From assembly GCA_018817795.1 (NCBI GenBank), contig JAHITJ010000208.1, positions 43,989-107,988 on the forward strand: a stretch of 64,000 nt of DNA. The letters are read 5' to 3'. This DNA comes from Myxococcota bacterium (GTDB lineage: Bacteria > Myxococcota_A > Polyangia > HGW-17). The position numbers were made by a program, and so were the translations under genes. Below the pieces are notes generated by a model. That model saw only the letters and a list, made by a program, of their open reading frames with translations, searched no databases and was not told the origin of the DNA. Positions 1 to 9,280 of this stretch are shown here, piece after piece (the stretch's first letter is position 1; each line of letters starts with the position of its first letter).

Positions 1-798
1 GGCATCCCGCTCGAAGCGCGGCTCCCCAGGTGAACAATGCTTTCCGGACGGCGTCTGCCACACGGACGAAGCCATGGGATCGGCCGCGGTCGGAACCGAC
101 ACATGCAGGCACGATGGCGCGCCCGCCACACCCACCAGTGCAAGCTCCGTGAAGGACCCAAGGTTGAAGTTCAGCCGCACCGCATCCACCCCGGGTTTGA
201 ACTCCTTGTCGATGTCCAGCGGGGAAAACGGCGCCAGCAGATCCGCTGGCTGCCAGATGAAGCCCACACCGAAACTAACGGGCTGCCGTCCGACAAGAAT
301 GTCCACCGGACCCAGCCGCGTCTGGAAGTAGAGACGATCCAGAGCGGCATTCCAGATCCTCCTCTGGGCGACGGCATCGGTGTACTGAAACGGGAGGGAT
401 CGCGGCGGCTCGGCCGTGGAGGAGGCCCCACCGGAGAACGCCGAAATCATGTTCGGCTCGGAGAAGAGGAAGAAGCCTGTCCTGGCCTGGATGTCCCACT
501 TGAGGCGGTCCTCATGCCAGCGTCCGCTGAACTTCAGTCGTGCCTCACCCGCCCCGAACATCGCATCGCGGGAGCTCCAGCCGAGCGCACCTATGGTGGG
601 GGATCCCACAACCATGGGCCACGGCCAGGGCAGGTGCAGGGCCGTGCCCGAGGCCTTGAGCACGCCGTCGACGTCGATGACCCATGGGTCGTCGTCCACG
701 ACCGTCGTCGCCCGCACTGGCGCCGGTAGGCAGAGCAACCACAGGACAGACACAAGGAGGGGGAACTTAGCCGCCGAAAACGCAGATCCCGTGGTCAT
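1..798 (-). CDS. Putative outer-membrane beta-barrel protein of the ABC export operon (partial, runs off window start)
   Basis: Not in the ORF track; translated by hand from ATG at 798, which overlaps the ATPase stop (ATGA). MTTGSAFSAAKFPLLVSVLWLLCLPAPVRA is signal-peptide-like; later RLYFQTRLGPVDILVGRQPVSFGVGFIWQPADLLAPFSPLDIDKEFKPGVDAVRL shows an alternating beta-strand pattern. Frame open to position 1. Confidence 0.75.
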   Translation of the reverse strand, partial: MTTGSAFSAAKFPLLVSVLWLLCLPAPVRATTVVDDDPWVIDVDGVLKASGTALHLPWPWPMVVGSPTIGALGWSSRDAMFGAGEARLKFSGRWHEDRLKWDIQARTGFFLFSEPNMISAFSGGASSTAEPPRSLPFQYTDAVAQRRIWNAALDRLYFQTRLGPVDILVGRQPVSFGVGFIWQPADLLAPFSPLDIDKEFKPGVDAVRLNFNLGSFTELALVGVAGAPSCLHVSVPTAADPMASSVWQTPSGKHCSPGEPRFERDA

Positions 799-1526
799 GC
801 CTCGACCTCTGCCGGGATGCGGTCCCCGGCGCCGTGTGCCTTGGTATCGTCGGAGGAGATCTTTCCGTCGACAATGCGCACGATGCGGCGGGAGTAGTCC
901 ATGACCATCGGATCATGCGTCGAGAACAGGAAAGTCACCTGGTGTTCGCGGTTCAGATCCGCCATCATCTGCAACAGCGCCGCGCCGGTGTGGGAGTCCA
1001 GGTTCGCCGTTGGCTCGTCGGCCAGCACCAACTTCGGGTTGGCCACGACCGCGCGCGCCACGGCCACGCGCTGCTGCTGGCCTCCGCTCATGTCCATCGG
1101 ACGACGGTGGCGCAGTTCGGCGAGCCCCACCTCGTCCAGGATGGCCAGCACCCTCTTCTTCCGCTCGGCGGCTGGCACGCCCTGCAGGGCCAGCACCAAC
1201 TCCACGTTCTCGAACGCGGTGAGCACCGGAACAAGGTTGTACGCCTGAAAGACGAAGCCTATCTTGCGCAGGCGCAGGTCGGCCAGCGCCGAATCGGAGA
1301 GCCTGGAGACATCCTTGCCGTCCACATGGACACTACCCCGGGTGGGTGTGTCCAGACAACCGATCAGGTTCAACAGCGTCGTCTTGCCCGAGCCCGAGGG
1401 CCCGCAGATGGCCGTGAACTCCCCGGGCTCGATGGTCAGGTCGATTCCGTTGACCGCCTTCACCTCCAGTTTTCCCTGCTTGTACTCCTTGTGCACATCC
1501 TGCAATTCCACGATCGGGTGCGACAT
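795..1526 (-). CDS. ABC transporter ATP-binding protein (LolD/MacB-like)
   Basis: Walker A GPSGSGKTT, signature MSGGQQQRV, Walker B VLADEPT, H-loop STHD. Start placed at ATG 1526 (MSHPIVEL) after a GAGGAG RBS; the ORF-track N-terminal extension overlaps the permease gene. Confidence 0.95.
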   Translation of the reverse strand: MSHPIVELQDVHKEYKQGKLEVKAVNGIDLTIEPGEFTAICGPSGSGKTTLLNLIGCLDTPTRGSVHVDGKDVSRLSDSALADLRLRKIGFVFQAYNLVPVLTAFENVELVLALQGVPAAERKKRVLAILDEVGLAELRHRRPMDMSGGQQQRVAVARAVVANPKLVLADEPTANLDSHTGAALLQMMADLNREHQVTFLFSTHDPMVMDYSRRIVRIVDGKISSDDTKAHGAGDRIPAEVEA

Positions 1527-1552
1527 GTTGGATTCTCCTCGTAGAACCGGCG

Positions 1553-2779
1553 CTACATCTGCCGGAGGGCCTTGACCGGCAGGATCCGCATGGCCCGGAA
1601 CGCGGGCCAGAGGGCGGACAGCACGGTCATGACGATGATGATTCCTGAAAGGGTCAGGCCGCTGCCCCAGCGCAGCACGGGGTGGATCCTGTCGGTGAAG
1701 GCGATGCCCTCCATCTCCATGACCTCCCCACCGGTCAGCGCCATCGGGTCGATCCCGACGCGGGCGAAATAATACACCAGCGGAAGCCCCACGGCGGCGC
1801 CGACGACCACGGCCAGCAATCCGAGCATGGTGCTCTCGGTCATGATCAGGCGGAAGATCGACGACGGCCGCATACCCAGGCTCTTGAGGATGCCCAGCTC
1901 CCGGGTGCGCTCCATCACGGACATCAGCACCGTGTTCATGATTCCCGCGGCCACGATTCCCAGGATGATGAAGATGAAGACCTGCATGGACACATCGTCG
2001 ACCCAGAGCAACTGGGTCAGCACCGGCAATGCCTCCTCCCAGTGGAGCACCGCCACGGGCAGATCCGCGAGCTTGGCCGACAGCATGCGCGCTGCGTCCC
2101 GGCTCGTCTCTGAAGGCATGAAGAAGGCCAGTTGGCTGATCGCGCCGCCCATCCCCAGCAGCACCTGTCCACGGGCAAGCCCGATCATGGCCGTGCCGCG
2201 GTCGGAATCCCCGCCGATCCTGAACACGCCGGCCACGACGAAGCGCTCTTCCACCTTCTGGGAAAGGCCCGAGCAGGAGAGCACGACCTTGTCCCCCACA
2301 TCCACCTTCAACAAACGCGCAGCCTTCTCTCCGATGAGGATGCCCGGCTCCCCGGAGGTCAGCCAGGCGCCGCGGACGATCTTGCGCGGGACGTCGCTGA
2401 TCTTCTTCTCGTTCTCGAGATCCACGGCCATGAGGTTGTCCAGCATCACGGAGCCGTCCGCAGAACGCAGCAGCCCGGTGGTGAAGATCCGCTGGGTCAC
2501 CACCCAACCCTCGGGAAGCGGTCCGATCCTCTCCAGCACCTTTTCGGGATGCGTGACCCTCAACTCCAGCGCCCGCTCCTTCTGGAACTCCGGTGCCTGG
2601 ACAATGACATGTCCCGCCTGCATGCGTATGGCAAGATCAATCATGAGTTCGTGGGAGCCCTCGGTGAGGCCGACAAAAAACAAAAGCAGGGCGAAGCTCG
2701 AGCCGATCGCGAACAGGGTGATCCCTGTGCGGAACCGGCGACGCCAGAGGTTTCGAAAGGCCATTTTCAGCAGCAGCAT
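1553..2779 (-). CDS. ABC transporter permease, FtsX/MacB/LolC-E family
   Basis: MAFRNLWRRRFRT start, periplasmic domain, IMNTVLMSVMERTRELGILKSLGM motif, PVKALR end; AAGGAG RBS before ATG 2779. Confidence 0.93.
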   Translation of the reverse strand: MLLLKMAFRNLWRRRFRTGITLFAIGSSFALLLFFVGLTEGSHELMIDLAIRMQAGHVIVQAPEFQKERALELRVTHPEKVLERIGPLPEGWVVTQRIFTTGLLRSADGSVMLDNLMAVDLENEKKISDVPRKIVRGAWLTSGEPGILIGEKAARLLKVDVGDKVVLSCSGLSQKVEERFVVAGVFRIGGDSDRGTAMIGLARGQVLLGMGGAISQLAFFMPSETSRDAARMLSAKLADLPVAVLHWEEALPVLTQLLWVDDVSMQVFIFIILGIVAAGIMNTVLMSVMERTRELGILKSLGMRPSSIFRLIMTESTMLGLLAVVVGAAVGLPLVYYFARVGIDPMALTGGEVMEMEGIAFTDRIHPVLRWGSGLTLSGIIIVMTVLSALWPAFRAMRILPVKALRQM

Positions 2780-2809
2780 GCCGTCCACTCCTTGGTTTGG
2801 GCGAACCCG

Positions 2810-4612
2810 TCAGACACCCGTCTGACGCAGCGCCTCCACGGGTTTGATGCGGGCCGCACGCACGGCCGGCCACACGGCGACGATCAGGCTCACCAGCGAC
2901 ATCAGCGCCAGCGGGATCGCGAAGCTCCGCACCGAGATCACCGTCCGCCAGACCGGATCGATGACCACTCCCTGATAGGAGAACCCCTCGGGCAGAAGGC
3001 TGGACATGTCCAGCCCGTAAACATACAGGTACGAGGAGATCCCCAGGCCCAGAACCCCGCCCACGACCATCGACACCAGGGTCATCAGGAGCGTCTCGAG
3101 CATGATCAGCCTCGCCACGAAGAAGGGGCGCATGCCCACAGACTTCAGGACACCGAATTCACGGATGCGCTCGAACACGGACATGAGCATCGTGTTCATG
3201 GTGCCCAGCGCGGCGATCGCAAAGATGATCAGCAGAAGGATCGCAGTCGAGGCATCCTGCAACTTCACCATCGATGCCATGGCCGGTTCCACTTTCTGCC
3301 AGGGCCAGGCCACCAGGTGCAGGCCCTTGAGCCGCTTCTGGAGGCGCTCCGCGACGACAACATTGTCCAGTGAGTCCTTGATCCGGATCGCCAGTTCATG
3401 GATCTGCGGCGCCCCGGTCTTCGGATCGACGAGGTTCATCAACTCCGGATCCCAGGCCATCCGCAGGTGCACGAAGGTCAGCGAACGATCCATGCTGTCC
3501 AGACCGGAATTGAACATGCCTGCGACCTCGACCATCTCGTCCATGGGGAATCCTTCGCGCGTAAGGATATCCAGGCCCAGCCGGTCTCCTGGCTTCACCA
3601 TCAGGATCCGCGCGAGTTGATCGCCGATGAGGATTTGCGGGACGCCCTGCCCGTTGCGGTAGGTGTTGTTCAGATAGGTGCCGGCCACCACCTTGTCGAC
3701 CATGGTGGTCACCTGGCTTTCCCGCGACGGGTCCACGGCGATGATGCCGACCTGGGATGACGCCGTGCGCACCACGCGAAAGACCACAGTCGTGGGATTA
3801 TCCGCAGGGGTCGCAGGGGACGGGGACGGAGCGGCCGGGGGTGGGGCCGCAGGAGCCGCGTCCACGGCCGGAGCCGCGTCCGGAGCCGCGTCCGAGGCCG
3901 GGGCCAGCATCGGGGTTGCATCCGCGGACGGGGCCGCCGGAGCGAGCTTCTCCAGGCTGTCGATGTCGTCCGGATCCGTTTGTGCAGCGCTTTTAGCCTT
4001 CGGTGGCGCGTTGAGGTCCGCGATGTCTGCCGGCCGCATCAGCAGCGACGACGCTCCGGCAGGGTCGCTGCGCACCACGCCGGAGATCTCGACGCGCTCG
4101 CAGGCGGGCTCGGCCGGAAGCGGCGAGAACCGAAGGATGCTGCCCAGATCCAGGCGCCACCGCTTGGCAGTCCGCTCGTCCACCAGGGCGGTGCATTTTT
4201 TCAGCGGAAGGCTCCCCGAGACGAGGCTTTGCAACCCGCCCCCGTGGGTCCCGATGGTCCCCACGTGCACCTCGAACTCGTGCTCGGAGGAGACCATCCC
4301 GCCGGTGTACACGCGGGGCGCCGCCTGGATCACCGCGGGGTCGGCCAGCACGGCCAGGGAGGCCTCCTTCTCGGGAAAGGACAACTCAAGGCGCCTCTCC
4401 TCGAGATAGTCGGGATGATGCACCTGCACATGCCCCAGGTGGGATCGCGTGATGCCGCGGATCATCTCCCGGCTCACGCCCTCCATGAGGCCGTAGGTGG
4501 GGATGCACAGCGCCAGACCCGCGCTCATGGCAAAAACGGTGATCAGCGAACGACGGCGCTGGCGCCACAGGTTGCGCCAGGCCATTTTCCACAGCAGCAG
4601 GAAGTTGTACAT
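2810..4612 (-). CDS. ABC transporter permease, FtsX/MacB/LolC-E family, with large periplasmic insertion
   Basis: MAWRNLWRQRRRS start, MNTMLMSVFERIREFGVLKSVGM motif, PVEALR end; about 190 aa longer than the neighbouring permease. Confidence 0.92.
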   Translation of the reverse strand: MYNFLLLWKMAWRNLWRQRRRSLITVFAMSAGLALCIPTYGLMEGVSREMIRGITRSHLGHVQVHHPDYLEERRLELSFPEKEASLAVLADPAVIQAAPRVYTGGMVSSEHEFEVHVGTIGTHGGGLQSLVSGSLPLKKCTALVDERTAKRWRLDLGSILRFSPLPAEPACERVEISGVVRSDPAGASSLLMRPADIADLNAPPKAKSAAQTDPDDIDSLEKLAPAAPSADATPMLAPASDAAPDAAPAVDAAPAAPPPAAPSPSPATPADNPTTVVFRVVRTASSQVGIIAVDPSRESQVTTMVDKVVAGTYLNNTYRNGQGVPQILIGDQLARILMVKPGDRLGLDILTREGFPMDEMVEVAGMFNSGLDSMDRSLTFVHLRMAWDPELMNLVDPKTGAPQIHELAIRIKDSLDNVVVAERLQKRLKGLHLVAWPWQKVEPAMASMVKLQDASTAILLLIIFAIAALGTMNTMLMSVFERIREFGVLKSVGMRPFFVARLIMLETLLMTLVSMVVGGVLGLGISSYLYVYGLDMSSLLPEGFSYQGVVIDPVWRTVISVRSFAIPLALMSLVSLIVAVWPAVRAARIKPVEALRQTGV

Positions 4613-4640
4613 CACGTCGGTGCCTCTTGAATTCCGGGGA

Positions 4641-5396
4641 TCACATCTTCAGGCCGCGCAGGGTGAACATCCGGTCCGGGATGGCCACGTCGAAACGGAC
4701 CTTGTCGTAGACCACTTCGGTGCTCTCGTTCTTGCCCGCGACCGTGAGGGTCATACGCGTCGGAATGCTGCGGCCGTCCATCTTCTGGATGCGGTCGAAG
4801 GTCATCGTGCGCTTGAGGACGCCCTTGTCGGAGTAATACTGCGCCGACTCCGGGATCGAGTCGGCCCGCCGGATCTTCATGACGATCTTGCCCCACACCA
4901 CCGGCGCGTTGGGCTTGGGCGCCAGCGACACCGTGATCGAGTCCTTCCCGTCGGTGCGGGACAGGCACTCGTAGTGGATGTACAACTGCGTCTCCTTGAC
5001 GAGATCGTCGTTGGTGAAGTGGCTGCCCATCCACGAGTCGCCCATCATCGAGCTGCCCACCTTCACGATGCGATCGGTGCGAGGCATGTAATACCAGACG
5101 TTGTCGGAGACCTTCAGCGTGGACATGCCCTTGAGCCGGCTGGGCTCGGTGATGCGCACGAGCATGTTCTCGCGGCCCGAGGACCAGAAGGTCATGCTCA
5201 TCGTCGAGGTCTGGTCGGGTTTCCTGACGGTCATGGTCATCTTGCCGGCCGTGGTCTTGGCGAACATGATGCGATCGGCCTTGTCCACCAGATCCCGCGT
5301 GTCCTTGGGACACTTGCCCCAGTTCTGAGCCGCCGCCGGTCGACCGAAGGTGGTTTGGAGAAGGAGGATCAATGTTACAAATAGAAATTTCTTCAT
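4641..5396 (-). CDS. LolA-like periplasmic protein (outer membrane lipoprotein-sorting protein family)
   Basis: Signal peptide; VWYYMPRTDRIVKVGSSMMGDSWMGSHFTNDDL and D-rich/FTLRGL end typical of this family; sits in an FtsX-type ABC operon. Confidence 0.85.
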   Translation of the reverse strand: MKKFLFVTLILLLQTTFGRPAAAQNWGKCPKDTRDLVDKADRIMFAKTTAGKMTMTVRKPDQTSTMSMTFWSSGRENMLVRITEPSRLKGMSTLKVSDNVWYYMPRTDRIVKVGSSMMGDSWMGSHFTNDDLVKETQLYIHYECLSRTDGKDSITVSLAPKPNAPVVWGKIVMKIRRADSIPESAQYYSDKGVLKRTMTFDRIQKMDGRSIPTRMTLTVAGKNESTEVVYDKVRFDVAIPDRMFTLRGLKM

Positions 5397-5398
5397 GT

Positions 5399-6160
5399 TC
5401 AGACTCCCTGCGGATCCCTGCCGTGCATCTGTGCCAGCTGCAGTTGGGCGATCCAGTCCGAAGGACGCTCAAAATCGGATTTTGTTTTCTCGGGCTCTCC
5501 CAGAAACGGCGCGACAAATTCCAGGGCCGGTCCCGTCATCTCCTGACCCGGATCGAGGAACCGGCGCAGAAACTCCAGCAGGAACCCGGTGAGACCGTCG
5601 GGATCGAAGCTGCGGCCTTCGGCCATCAACTCCAGCAGCCACGTGGAGATCGACATCATGAAACCCTGAATCATGTGCACCAGCAGGTGCACGGGCAGAT
5701 CCTGCCGGATGACGCCGAGCCGCCGCCCGGTCTGCACAAAGCGCGTCAACGTCAGCGTGGAGAACTGCATCATCTCGCGCAGGTGCTCGGGAAACATCGC
5801 CGAGATCTCCGGATCGATCACCTCCCGGAGAAGCGCAAAGGCGGTGGGATCTAATTTCAACTTAATAATCTGATGGAATGCATTATGGGCAATCGTCCAA
5901 AATTTGGAAGGATCTTCAATGTCAAATTTTTTTTGTACTATCTGTGGAAACCGGTCCATCAGGCGACTCACGACCGTAATGAACAGATCTGCCTTATTGT
6001 CAAAATAATAATAAACTGCACCTTTGCTCAGACCGGCCCCGGCGATGATGTGATTGAGTGACGCCTTCTGGTAGCCGTGACGGGCGAATTCTTCGAGCGC
6101 CACATCCAGGATGCGACCGCGTCGCTCCTCGGGAAGCTTGAAGAATCGGGCGGTCGGCAT
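5399..6160 (-). CDS. TetR/AcrR family transcriptional regulator
   Basis: ILDVALEEFARHGYQKASLNHIIAGAGLSKGAVYYYFDNKADLF is a TetR HTH; first gene of the ABC operon. Confidence 0.93.
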   Translation of the reverse strand: MPTARFFKLPEERRGRILDVALEEFARHGYQKASLNHIIAGAGLSKGAVYYYFDNKADLFITVVSRLMDRFPQIVQKKFDIEDPSKFWTIAHNAFHQIIKLKLDPTAFALLREVIDPEISAMFPEHLREMMQFSTLTLTRFVQTGRRLGVIRQDLPVHLLVHMIQGFMMSISTWLLELMAEGRSFDPDGLTGFLLEFLRRFLDPGQEMTGPALEFVAPFLGEPEKTKSDFERPSDWIAQLQLAQMHGRDPQGV

Positions 6161-6217
6161 CGTGGTCTCCGAAGATCCGGTGAGGTGGTCCACTGATAAA
6201 AGAAAAGCGATCCTGAT

Positions 6218-6246
6218 TCAGACCGGCGGTCTAAACCATGGTCTGA
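6218..6246. promoter_or_regulatory. Probable TetR operator (nested inverted repeats) downstream of a minus-strand -35 box
   Basis: AGACCG-G-CGGTCT perfect inverted repeat at 6220-6232, ACCATGGT palindrome beside it, outer TCAGACC/GGTCTGA pair at 6218-6224/6240-6246; TTGACA on the minus strand at 6275-6270. Confidence 0.6.
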
Positions 6247-6413
6247 GTGGTAGTCTTTCTTTGGGTTCCTGTCAAGACCCCCCAGAAAAAATGTGGAAAA
6301 AAATCCCGGCGGGCCTCCGGTGCGACTCCAGCATATATTATTGGGGGGCCAGTTGTCCGATGTCCCCGGCGGCCGGAATCTGGCATAAAATGATTGCGAA
6401 GGAGTATTTCCCG

Positions 6414-7346
6414 ATGTCACTCCGATTTTCCCCTCGCCTGATTCGCAACCGCAAGGGCCAGGCCCTGGTGGAATCTGCCATTGTCATTCCGCTGATGACC
6501 TTCATCATCCTCGGGGTGGTCCAGCTCGGCATGATCCAGCACGCCCGCCTGATGACAGAATACGCCGCCTTCAACGCCGCCCGCGCCGGCATCGTCTGGA
6601 ACGCGGACCGCTTCGTCATGCAGAACGCGGCCATCATCTCGCTGCTGCCGACGATGGAAGGCCTCGTCAGCGAGACCTCCGCGGGCGATCCCGCCAAGAT
6701 GATGATGCAGATCGTGCAGCGGGCCCTGATTTACCAGGCTCACCGCCGCGTGGCCCAGGCCTCGGACTTCATCCGCAACGGCACCGACGCGATCATCGGC
6801 ATGCTCTCGCCGTCGATCCAGGGAGGAGCCGGCGCCTTCCGCGACGCTGTGCTCAACGCCGCCGAATCGGCGGCAGACACGGGGCTGCGAAACGCGATCA
6901 ACGGCATCTTCGGAACTCAGGACATCGTCGACGTGGAGATCGTGTCGCCCAAGCTCGGTGACTTCGGCGGCGTGCATTCCACCGAGATCACCTTCGACGA
7001 CGTGATGTCCGACGACGCGGCCTGGGTGGACAAGACGCGCCTGAGCATCCGCATCACGTACCTGTACACGCTGCGCATCCCGTTCGCCAACCGCATCATC
7101 CACACCGCGTACATCGCCGGCCAGGTGGGACAGAACCTGTACGGCGCGGTCTGGAATCCGCAGACCCGCGCCGGGGAGACCGGCTTCCGCAACGTGGCCC
7201 CGCTGAACCTGGCCGGCCGCGGCACCCAGCTCACGCGCCAGCTCTGGCAGGCGGCCTCGCACGGGGTCTTCATGATCCCGCTGCGGGCGACCTATTCCAT
7301 GCGCATGCAGTCCAACCCCTATCGCCGCTCCGTGGCCATACGGTAA
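6414..7346 (+). CDS. TadE-like minor pilin
   Basis: RKGQALVESAIVIPLMTFIILGVVQLG prepilin motif (G-Q-x-x-x-E) then YAAFNAARAG; GGAG RBS before ATG 6414. Confidence 0.85.
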   Translation: MSLRFSPRLIRNRKGQALVESAIVIPLMTFIILGVVQLGMIQHARLMTEYAAFNAARAGIVWNADRFVMQNAAIISLLPTMEGLVSETSAGDPAKMMMQIVQRALIYQAHRRVAQASDFIRNGTDAIIGMLSPSIQGGAGAFRDAVLNAAESAADTGLRNAINGIFGTQDIVDVEIVSPKLGDFGGVHSTEITFDDVMSDDAAWVDKTRLSIRITYLYTLRIPFANRIIHTAYIAGQVGQNLYGAVWNPQTRAGETGFRNVAPLNLAGRGTQLTRQLWQAASHGVFMIPLRATYSMRMQSNPYRRSVAIR

Positions 7347-7359
7347 GGGAGACAAGATC

Positions 7360-9267
7360 ATGACTCGCACCATGAAGCACCTCATCGAGAACAAGAAGGG
7401 CCAGGCGTTCCCGCTGGCCGCCATCGGCGTGTTCATCATGGCCCTCTCGGTCATCGCCACCATGAACCTCGGGCAGGCCATCCACGAAAAGATCAAGCTC
7501 CAGGGCGCCGCCGACGCGGCCTCCTACTCCCTGGCGAGCATGGAGGCCCGTGCCTTCAACTTCGTGGCCATGCTCAACCGCACGATGGTGGTCAACTACA
7601 ACACCGCCATGGCCGTCCAGAGCTATTACAACTATGCGGGGTTCTGCCTGTTCCTGCTGGGATCGGTGCGCGACCTGCTCGCCTGCATGGTCAGTTCCCT
7701 CGACTTCGGATGCACGTTCATCAAGTTGCCTCCATGGCTGAACGCCGCATACTGCATCCTGAAGGCCATATTCACTGCGGTGAACCAGATAGTCAGCGCG
7801 ATCCTGAGGGTCGTCGACTATCTGGTCAACAAGCTTCCCGTGCTGGGTCTTCACAGCATCTCGGCGGGGGTGGCCGATGCCTTGGGCCTGATGAACAAGT
7901 ACATGCTCTGGCAGATGCAGTTGATCCGGCTCGCGCTGGTCAACGCACACATCCTGTCGGGCATGCACCAGGTCGTCTCCGACAACTACATCCATCCGCA
8001 GACCGGCGAGTCCAAGTGGCGGTTCGAGTTGACGCCGTGGATGTTCCTGAACATGGCGCTGAACACCCTCGAGTACCGGGCCGCCTTCGACCGCGGCGCC
8101 GGCGTCAACGCCAGCGCCTTCGACCTGCTGCTGCTGGGCTGGCGCGACTACGGCGACTTCGGAAAACGCCAGACCGACGCCAGCAAGGACGCCGTGCGCA
8201 TCATGTCCGAGATCGCCAACGCCACGCGCTCCCACGCGGCGATCTACAACCGCAAGCGCGGCCTGTTCGCCTCGTGGATCGTGTCCAACATCTTCGGCGA
8301 CAAGATGGGCGCCACCAAGCTCATCCCGACGGGCAGCGACTCCAAGCCCAACCCCGACGTGCGCAAGATCCGCTCCGCGGAGAACTACGAGCTCGGCGAC
8401 GTGCTCGCCTCCGACGACTACCTGACCCGCGGCTGGGGCATCGCCACGGTGGGCATCTCGGTGGTGTTCGCCCAGTCCTCCACGATCAAGGGCATCGCCC
8501 ACGCGATCACCGCCTATGGCGAGGACTCCACGGACAACAACCGCAAGCACTACGGCTACAAGAACAACAACGGCGACCCGGCGCACCCCAAGGGCGGCTA
8601 CAGCGGCCTGATCGTGATCCCGCCGATGAGAAAGAGCGCCAAGAAGAGCATCCAGAAGGAAGTCGACTGCAGCCTGATGGAGAAGCACAAGTGGATCGGC
8701 ATCTCCCCGTACTTCAAGTTCATGCCCATCGCCGACCACAATAGTGACTACGGCCAGCCCAGCACCTGGATCTTCCTGAACATGCCGCCGGAGAAGTTCC
8801 AGACCGGCACCGGCGTCGCGGGCCGTCCCTGGCACAAGAAGTTCACCTTCAACCATGGCGGCGGAGACAAGTTCTCCCAGGACAACCTCGGCACCGGCCA
8901 GGCCGGCGAGCACGGCGGCCACAGCGCCGACCTCGACACCACCATCGGCGGCGAGCGAAACTCGATGTCCCTGTTCGGCATGCACCTCGAGGGCCTCAAC
9001 GTCATCTCTCGCGGCATGGTCTACTACCACCGCCAGGGCAACTGGGGCGAGCCTCCGAACTTTTTCAACCCGTTCTGGCGCGCCAAGCTCGCGCCCGTTG
9101 GCGCCAAGCTGGCCCAGTGGCTCGACAACCTCACCCGCGGCATCGTCAAGCCCGGCAGCGCCGACGAGAGCACCTCGCAGACCGTCGTTCGCGTCGTGCT
9201 GAACCTGTTCCGAAACTTCCTCGGGGATGTCTTCTTCGGCTTCATCACCTCCGTGATGACGCACTGA
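7360..9267 (+). CDS. TadG-like large minor pilin / tip protein
   Basis: KKGQAFPLAAIGVFIMAL...KIKLQGAADAASYSLA is the Tad N-terminal domain; 635 aa; C-terminal WGEPPNFFNPFWRAKL. Confidence 0.82.
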   Translation: MTRTMKHLIENKKGQAFPLAAIGVFIMALSVIATMNLGQAIHEKIKLQGAADAASYSLASMEARAFNFVAMLNRTMVVNYNTAMAVQSYYNYAGFCLFLLGSVRDLLACMVSSLDFGCTFIKLPPWLNAAYCILKAIFTAVNQIVSAILRVVDYLVNKLPVLGLHSISAGVADALGLMNKYMLWQMQLIRLALVNAHILSGMHQVVSDNYIHPQTGESKWRFELTPWMFLNMALNTLEYRAAFDRGAGVNASAFDLLLLGWRDYGDFGKRQTDASKDAVRIMSEIANATRSHAAIYNRKRGLFASWIVSNIFGDKMGATKLIPTGSDSKPNPDVRKIRSAENYELGDVLASDDYLTRGWGIATVGISVVFAQSSTIKGIAHAITAYGEDSTDNNRKHYGYKNNNGDPAHPKGGYSGLIVIPPMRKSAKKSIQKEVDCSLMEKHKWIGISPYFKFMPIADHNSDYGQPSTWIFLNMPPEKFQTGTGVAGRPWHKKFTFNHGGGDKFSQDNLGTGQAGEHGGHSADLDTTIGGERNSMSLFGMHLEGLNVISRGMVYYHRQGNWGEPPNFFNPFWRAKLAPVGAKLAQWLDNLTRGIVKPGSADESTSQTVVRVVLNLFRNFLGDVFFGFITSVMTH

Positions 9268-9280
9268 TCGGGAGGGAACC

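Noticed and set aside
795..2507. 570-aa extended ABC ATPase in the ORF track
   Set aside because: The extension is an alternate frame of the permease; the RBS and ATG at 1526 give a normal 243-aa ATPase.
6381..6398. Sigma-54 promoter TGGCA...TTGC before the Tad operon
   Set aside because: GG and GC are 12 nt apart rather than the required 10; TAAAAT may instead be a -10 box.
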